Below are positions 58,220 through 64,000 of a DNA stretch of 64,000 nt, piece by piece. A model generated the notes under the pieces. That model saw only the letters and a list, made by a program, of their open reading frames with translations, was not told where the DNA came from and searched no databases. Made by a program: the position numbers and the translations under genes. Within the stretch, counting starts at the first letter, position 1. Each line of letters opens with the position of its first letter. The stretch comes from Escherichia phage vB_EcoM_SA20RB, in the sequence record OL960581; one strand, written 5' to 3'.

Positions 58220-58422
58220 TTTGGTTTACCTTCTTTAACGAAATCGGGATAAGGATAAAATCCTGAATAAAATCCTTCACCTTTATGATTGATGCATCCT
58301 TTATTAGAACAATAGCACCAATAGTCGAAATCACAAGCCATTTCATCATTACATAAAGCAAAAACAACCGGCCATTTACACTTTTCACAATGGGCATTTT
58401 TAAGAATACTAGTTTGGCTCAT
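58216..58422 (-). CDS. cysteine-rich small protein (68 aa)
   Basis: ATG 58420-58422 in ATGA overlap with upstream stop (track start TTG 58443); CEKCK..C..C..CYC..C. Confidence 0.45.
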   Translation of the reverse strand: MSQTSILKNAHCEKCKWPVVFALCNDEMACDFDYWCYCSNKGCINHKGEGFYSGFYPYPDFVKEGKPK

Positions 58423-58631
58423 AACCATGTAACCTTTAAGCAATATTCTTCTACATGTTGTTTACGACCTTTCCTATCAATAAAGGTATATTCAACAAAT
58501 GTTCCAATATAGTCTTTATCTACATCATGAGGACTATTAATTGGGCATTTAGTACGGCAAATGCGTTCCCATTGACGAATAATTTCTGCTTTGTTTTTAG
58601 GATCAAACGGATGCGGGTAATGTACTTTCAT
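58419..58631 (-). CDS. hypothetical protein (70 aa)
   Basis: ATG start. Confidence 0.45.
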   Translation of the reverse strand: MKVHYPHPFDPKNKAEIIRQWERICRTKCPINSPHDVDKDYIGTFVEYTFIDRKGRKQHVEEYCLKVTWL

Positions 58632-59082
58632 AATCCACCACTATTAAATCAATATCAGGAGTAAACATGTCGATTAATTTAGAAACCTTATCCCAATCAC
58701 CGCCAGCAATACCACAACCTATGCGTGGAATGTAAATTACTGGTTTAAACAAAAGGGTCTCTGCCTGTAGATTTAATTCTATCATGCAGTTTACTAAAGC
58801 ACCATAATCAAGATTAGGACCCGGTTCGTATTGCGTATACAGGTTATAGCATATACCAAATCCCGTAGGACTATGTTTAAAAACAATAGACATATCGCCT
58901 AATTTATCGCGAGAACCGTACTCGGTAGTAGTTTTATCTATTTCTAAAATTTTAGGATAGGCCCTCGCTAATTGACCCGCTACACCTGAACCCATAGTAT
59001 GAAAGCAGTTGCACCCGTGCGCAATAATATTACCTTGAAGAAATAGGGCGACAATATCGCCCTTGATATATTTTACAATCAT
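58603..59082 (-). CDS. macrodomain protein, TARG1/OARD1/DarG-like (putative ADP-ribose hydrolase, 159 aa)
   Basis: motifs GDIV..AHGCNCFHTMGSGVAGQ and PRIGCGIAGGDW resemble TARG1 HCISEDCRMGAGIA and PRIGCGLD; GAGGA SD. Confidence 0.55.
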   Translation of the reverse strand: MIVKYIKGDIVALFLQGNIIAHGCNCFHTMGSGVAGQLARAYPKILEIDKTTTEYGSRDKLGDMSIVFKHSPTGFGICYNLYTQYEPGPNLDYGALVNCMIELNLQAETLLFKPVIYIPRIGCGIAGGDWDKVSKLIDMFTPDIDLIVVDYESTLPASV

Positions 59083-59426
59083 CTAGTACTCAATCCTCGA
59101 TTATAAGAATCTACCAAACGGTCAACCATTGAATGACAAGCGGCTTTATCTTTCTCCTCCGCAACTGAACATTCTAAGGTATTCCACTTTTTAGCATATC
59201 GTTTTAACAATGTATCATTTTTATATCTACTTGATTTATCTCTTTCTCCGTCTTTATATGCATATATTAATTTCTGCGCAAATTCAGCTTGGCATGCTTT
59301 ATTTTTCCCACAATAATCTGCCGCAGTGCGATTTACATATTCTCTAATTTCAGTATATGATGTATCTGCTGACGCAGAAGCAGAAAATGAAATTAATCCT
59401 ATACATAAAACCAAAATTTTAGTCAT
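59079..59426 (-). CDS. secreted/periplasmic protein (115 aa)
   Basis: signal peptide MTKILVLCIGLISFSASASA; four Cys. Confidence 0.5.
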   Translation of the reverse strand: MTKILVLCIGLISFSASASADTSYTEIREYVNRTAADYCGKNKACQAEFAQKLIYAYKDGERDKSSRYKNDTLLKRYAKKWNTLECSVAEEKDKAACHSMVDRLVDSYNRGLSTR

Positions 59427-59964
59427 TTACTATTTCCAAAAGTTTATTATTTTTAAGGTAATTAGCCTTTTCTAGGACTTCAGAAGCATATTTAGAACCT
59501 GCTTTAACATTCCATCCCGAATTATAAGAGGATATTGCTTTTCTTATATCACCCTTATGTATATTTAACCAATAAGAAAGTTCAATGTACGCCCAGGAAG
59601 CTGAATTGGATCGTTTATTCAACATTCTTTTTATTTCGGCATCGGTCATATTATAACCAAGTTCCTTAACTCTTGCTCGCATAGTAGGCAAATAATTTTG
59701 GAACATTCCGTAGGCGTGATGCTTTGGTTTAGATTTTAAATTAACTCCGGCAGAGCTTTCTTGCCATAAAATAGCAGCCATTATATGACCCAATCCGCTC
59801 TTGTGGATGTTTTTGTGTGTTTTATATTTTCCATCCTTAGAAAATTGTTCCCCGAATTGATATGCGTAGCGCATGTTATCGAGTTGGACATTACTGAAAG
59901 TATGCTCGGAGCTATGTGCCATCATTGAAATGGCCAATAGACCAGCGAGTAGTGCTTTTCTCAT
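59419..59964 (-). CDS. periplasmic lytic transglycosylase-like protein (SLT domain, 181 aa)
   Basis: signal peptide; SLT-like motifs LWQESS, GMFQ, SSYNSGWN. Confidence 0.5.
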   Translation of the reverse strand: MRKALLAGLLAISMMAHSSEHTFSNVQLDNMRYAYQFGEQFSKDGKYKTHKNIHKSGLGHIMAAILWQESSAGVNLKSKPKHHAYGMFQNYLPTMRARVKELGYNMTDAEIKRMLNKRSNSASWAYIELSYWLNIHKGDIRKAISSYNSGWNVKAGSKYASEVLEKANYLKNNKLLEIVND

Positions 59965-59971
59965 GCTTACC

Positions 59972-60433
59972 TCATTGAGTTTTAATTACGGCTTTAGAAG
60001 CCTTTCCTGGTAAACGACGACTGTTGATAATTGCCATCCTACATTGAAGTGACGGGTCTTTGAACTTCGCGTTAGGTTTACAAACTGTAAATCCAAGCCA
60101 AAGATTTCCATCTGTGATTTCTAAACGTCCAGGACGATATTCAACCCCATCAATAAAATCCTCGTCAATGTCAGGACGCGGAGGCATACTCAGGAATTCA
60201 TTAACTTCTAAAACATGGTCTTTTATTTTGTGGAATAATTCAAAAACATATGTCTCATCAATCTCCCGTTGAATTGCACGATCAAGAAGATGTTGAGAAT
60301 ATTTTAGATGAAACGATGAGACCCCTGCTGCTTTTGATGCCTCACGAATCTCATTGTTAATTTGACGAAACTCCGACTCAAAGTGACGACGAAGTTTATT
60401 TCGACGGATAAAAACTTCTGTATTGATAGTCAT
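59972..60433 (-). CDS. regB: endoribonuclease RegB (153 aa)
   Basis: 153 aa; N-terminus MTINTEVFIRRNK; early promoter upstream. Confidence 0.75.
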   Translation of the reverse strand: MTINTEVFIRRNKLRRHFESEFRQINNEIREASKAAGVSSFHLKYSQHLLDRAIQREIDETYVFELFHKIKDHVLEVNEFLSMPPRPDIDEDFIDGVEYRPGRLEITDGNLWLGFTVCKPNAKFKDPSLQCRMAIINSRRLPGKASKAVIKTQ

Positions 60434-60460
60434 GTTATTCTCCTCTTAACTGATAGAAAA

Positions 60461-60490
60461 ATTATACCACAGTCAAGAGGAAAAGTAAAC
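60461..60490 (-). promoter_or_regulatory. T4-type early promoter
   Basis: plus attata 60461-60466, gtaaac 60485-60490. Confidence 0.55.
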
Positions 60491-60492
60491 AA

Positions 60493-60771
60493 TTATTCTT
60501 TAAATCTAATCAATTTATTCATAGACTTTGTAACTTCTGCACGAACCTCATGTAGGTTTTTAAGCTGTTCAAGACGCTGCTCATAGTAAGCAATTTCATC
60601 TTCTTCGAGACAGTCCTGTGAATCTTCTTTAAGATAACGTGCATAGTCCTGGAAAGCTTTACGGACTACTTCCTGGAAGTCATCAAGACTTTGAATTTTC
60701 TTAGGAGCAACAGATACACGACGAGGGGCAGTATAATACTCATAACCAAACCCTGCGCTTAATTGGGCCAT
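60493..60771 (-). CDS. hypothetical protein (92 aa)
   Basis: ATG 60769-60771 in TAATG overlap with upstream stop (track start GTG 60813). Confidence 0.4.
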   Translation of the reverse strand: MAQLSAGFGYEYYTAPRRVSVAPKKIQSLDDFQEVVRKAFQDYARYLKEDSQDCLEEDEIAYYEQRLEQLKNLHEVRAEVTKSMNKLIRFKE

Positions 60772-61037
60772 TAATATTTTTCCTCTGGTTGGAACACAGC
60801 ACGACAAGCCCACATACTGGCTTCTTTGAGTTTCGTTTTAGCAATAGTTAACTGATCGAGACTTTCAGCATAATTCTTCGCGAATTCACAGTCTTCACAA
60901 TTATTTAGTGCTTCCCAGAATTCATCATACAAAGCATCAAAGATAAGTCCTAAACGAACTTCAGCGTCTTTGATAGCATTCACTTTACCGATTTTCTCTT
61001 CAGTATGTGGTTTATAACCTTTAATGTCTTCAATCAT
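60771..61037 (-). CDS. hypothetical protein (88 aa)
   Basis: ATG start. Confidence 0.45.
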   Translation of the reverse strand: MIEDIKGYKPHTEEKIGKVNAIKDAEVRLGLIFDALYDEFWEALNNCEDCEFAKNYAESLDQLTIAKTKLKEASMWACRAVFQPEEKY

Positions 61038-61251
61038 ATTTTACTTCCTCACCAGTACCTAAATCATATTCAACTAAACGAATAGGCTCATGAATGCCAT
61101 AACCCTGAACAGAAATTTCTGTCGTAGGATAAATTCCATCAATATCACCCATATTCCATGCTTCATTAAATTGCTGTTCGCCTGAATTACTAAACCACTC
61201 GGCGAAAGCATTTAGCACATCTTTAGAACCTTCAATAATTATCTTTGCCAT
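61030..61251 (-). CDS. hypothetical protein (73 aa)
   Basis: ATG start abutting upstream stop. Confidence 0.45.
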   Translation of the reverse strand: MAKIIIEGSKDVLNAFAEWFSNSGEQQFNEAWNMGDIDGIYPTTEISVQGYGIHEPIRLVEYDLGTGEEVKYD

Positions 61252-61613
61252 TACAAACTCTCAGTAAAGGTACGAGCGATAACGTCGCGCTGCTGTTCCG
61301 GAGTTAGAGAGTTAAAGCGAACTGCATAACCGGATACACGGATGGTCAGCTGCGGATATTTTTCCGGATGCTTAACTGCATCTTCCAGAGTTTCACGACG
61401 CAGAACGTTAACGTTCAGGTGTTGACCACCTTCAATTTTAACTGTAGGCTGTTGCTCAATTTCAATTTCACGGGCATGCAAACCATAGAAAATTTCTGGG
61501 TCTACAAAAGAGTCCTCTTTAAAGGTTTTAGAGACAATAATTCGTGCTTGAATACCATCTTCAAAATAAATAGTACCTTTATGTGTGCCTTCAAGAATTT
61601 GATATGCTTTCAT
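61251..61613 (-). CDS. autonomous glycyl-radical cofactor (GrcA/YfiD-like, 120 aa)
   Basis: C-terminal about 60 aa ..[60 protein letters not shown] with RVSGY glycyl-radical motif, as recalled for E. coli GrcA and T4 Y06I. Confidence 0.75.
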   Translation of the reverse strand: MKAYQILEGTHKGTIYFEDGIQARIIVSKTFKEDSFVDPEIFYGLHAREIEIEQQPTVKIEGGQHLNVNVLRRETLEDAVKHPEKYPQLTIRVSGYAVRFNSLTPEQQRDVIARTFTESL

Positions 61614-61620
61614 ATAAACC

Positions 61621-61848
61621 TCAATTAGAAAATAAATTTATCCAAGATTGTTCTTTAATTAAAAATGGCTCAGAATCATATGCCATTAAACTCTGTGTGA
61701 TTAGTCCTTTAAAAGGCCCATCAATAAATTCCATGGTAAAATATGGAATTTTATTCATTAGCCGTGCATTAGGAGCCGTGCACAAAACTCTGCATCCTTT
61801 GAATACGCCTTTTTGTAATTTGTATTGCTTAGGATAAAATTCGCTCAA
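61621..61848 (-). CDS. doubtful ORF (75 aa from TTG; 45 aa from first ATG)
   Basis: no ATG start or SD at the 5' end. Confidence 0.25.
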   Translation of the reverse strand: MSEFYPKQYKLQKGVFKGCRVLCTAPNARLMNKIPYFTMEFIDGPFKGLITQSLMAYDSEPFLIKEQSWINLFSN

Positions 61849-61948
61849 AATGTTATTTTTTTTGCCAAAATTTCAAAATGATTCACCAATTTATTTTTAA
61901 TAGTTTTTGGTGAAAAATAAAGATATTCGAAAAGCTGAGTGTCTGTCA

Positions 61949-62491
61949 TCATTGCATTCCGATTACGAAAAACTGCGGACGAGTAATACCACCAATGCAG
62001 CATTTACTATTGCAGCAGTGTTGCACAGTTTCAATATGAATATCGTAAATTTTATCCATATCAGGAGATTTAACAGGCTCATCGATTATATACAAAATTC
62101 GAGAAAGCGATAAACCTCTGAACTTGCTACCTCTATTACCAACAAAACTACGGACAGAATCAGTAAATAAACGGAATCGAATATCATCGCTAGAATAACG
62201 AGAAAATTCTTTTTTAATGCGGCCCGCAGAAATTTTAGCGTAAGCTGAAGTATTAGAAAGAACAATAACTGTTCCACCATCATACAACCAATTAGCGGCA
62301 AAATTAGTTACTGCAGTTGATTTACCAGATTGTCTGCCACCATCTAAACGAAGTGTACAATATTCTTTAAATAAATGCGACGAATCAGGTACATAAAATC
62401 CACTATTACAAATTTCTTCTACTCTAGCATCAGAATGGTGTGTAAAAGCATTCATCAGGGATAGATAAGGACCAGTTAAAAATGTTCTCAT
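61949..62491 (-). CDS. small P-loop NTPase (180 aa)
   Basis: Walker A GGRQSGKST, Walker B ILYIIDEP; ATG start. Confidence 0.5.
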   Translation of the reverse strand: MRTFLTGPYLSLMNAFTHHSDARVEEICNSGFYVPDSSHLFKEYCTLRLDGGRQSGKSTAVTNFAANWLYDGGTVIVLSNTSAYAKISAGRIKKEFSRYSSDDIRFRLFTDSVRSFVGNRGSKFRGLSLSRILYIIDEPVKSPDMDKIYDIHIETVQHCCNSKCCIGGITRPQFFVIGMQ

Positions 62492-62631
62492 TTCTTCTCT
62501 CTAAGTTTGGGCCATTCCATGGCGCATGAATTGTCCATTTCTGTATTTACCCATTACCGCACTTGGGCTCGACCTTATTACAGGTTGGCGGGAATCCCTC
62601 ACAGAATCATGAGGTCCAGGTTGTTCCCATA

Positions 62632-63105
62632 TTATTTGAACGATTTAACGTACTGAATAGAACCTTTACTATTCACGAAAGCGATTTTACCATTTTTATT
62701 ATACATGGTAGCAGTACGCTGATAGCCATAAGTTTGCTTACCAGATTGATAACCAACTAATGCAAAATTATCTTCACCCATTTTATTCTGTTTAGCACGA
62801 ATGCGTTCATGACCATGTGCCATAAGAACCTTAGCATCACCAGTTGCAATGGATCTACGAGTTTTTTCATCTTCAACTGTATTAACAAAGTCGTCAAATG
62901 AATCAAATTTAGCATGAGATTTATTATACAGTTTTCCATCTACTGCATAATTATATCCCTGTACATCCATCTCAACTTCTGTACCATCATCCAATACAGC
63001 AGTGATTTTCTGTCCTTTTTTAAATTTCAAAAGATCAGTAAAAGATTCAGCAATAATTTGAGAATTAATAGCTGCTTCAGTAATAAATTCTTGATATGTT
63101 TTCAT
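62632..63105 (-). CDS. capsid internal protein with N-terminal capsid-targeting sequence (157 aa)
   Basis: N-terminus MKTYQEFITEA matches T-even IP capsid-targeting sequence (MKTYQEFIAE); AAAGGAAA SD. Confidence 0.6.
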   Translation of the reverse strand: MKTYQEFITEAAINSQIIAESFTDLLKFKKGQKITAVLDDGTEVEMDVQGYNYAVDGKLYNKSHAKFDSFDDFVNTVEDEKTRRSIATGDAKVLMAHGHERIRAKQNKMGEDNFALVGYQSGKQTYGYQRTATMYNKNGKIAFVNSKGSIQYVKSFK

Positions 63106-63159
63106 GTGTTTCCTTTAAATATTTTAATTAGTAATCTATTTATTTAAGTAACTGTGAAT

Positions 63160-63189
63160 ATACTATCACAGTTTTAGGAGAAAGTAAAC
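63160..63189 (-). promoter_or_regulatory. T4-type early promoter
   Basis: plus atacta 63160-63165, gtaaac 63184-63189. Confidence 0.5.
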
Positions 63190-63193
63190 AACT

Positions 63194-64000
<807 letters not shown>

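Noticed and set aside
58212-58397. 61-aa minus-strand ORF in an alternative frame
   Set aside because: Same locus as the ATGA-coupled Cys-rich ORF 58216..58422, which has the better start context
62492-62631. Possible tRNA or small RNA in the GC-richer intergenic stretch
   Set aside because: No cloverleaf, no conserved T-loop/D-loop motifs and no promoter/terminator pair could be found by eye; retained only as an unexplained region

Overview
This window is the first ~64 kb of a T4-like (T-even, Tequatrovirus-type) myovirus genome, running from rIIA (12..2189) to lysozyme e (63194..63688). It is AT-rich and packed with minus-strand early, middle and a few late genes; only one convincing plus-strand gene was found (15993..16193). 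Recognisable core genes include topoisomerase 39, dexA, dda, modA/modB, soc, 56, 61, 41, uvsX, 42, imm, 43, regA, 62/44/45, 46/47, a-gt, 55, nrdH/nrdG/nrdD, 49, nrdC, rI, tk and regB. It is not T4 itself: gene 39 is one uninterrupted 605-codon ORF (no mobA insertion, no 50-nt bypass gap), and the b-gt position holds a different glycosyltransferase. Three homing-endonuclease genes are present: I-TevII-like inside a 1033-nt group I intron in nrdD, an HNH gene between nrdD and nrdG, and a GIY-YIG gene between 47 and a-gt. Regulatory signals are abundant: at least 17 T4-type early promoters (several in repeated cassettes), four late TATAAATA boxes, and many UUCG-tetraloop hairpins/terminators. Start codons were re-derived where the ORF track began at TTG/GTG, and several sub-60-aa genes missed by the track were added. 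No tRNA, rRNA or CRISPR array was found. I cannot show from sequence alone that any element is undescribed; the best candidates for uncharacterised systems are a TARG1/DarG-like macrodomain gene (58603..59082), an AAA+ ATPase plus nucleotidyltransferase pair (51690..53783), and a tandem array of four distantly paralogous coiled-coil-tailed proteins (46259..50227). Gene names are from recall of T4; no searches were run.
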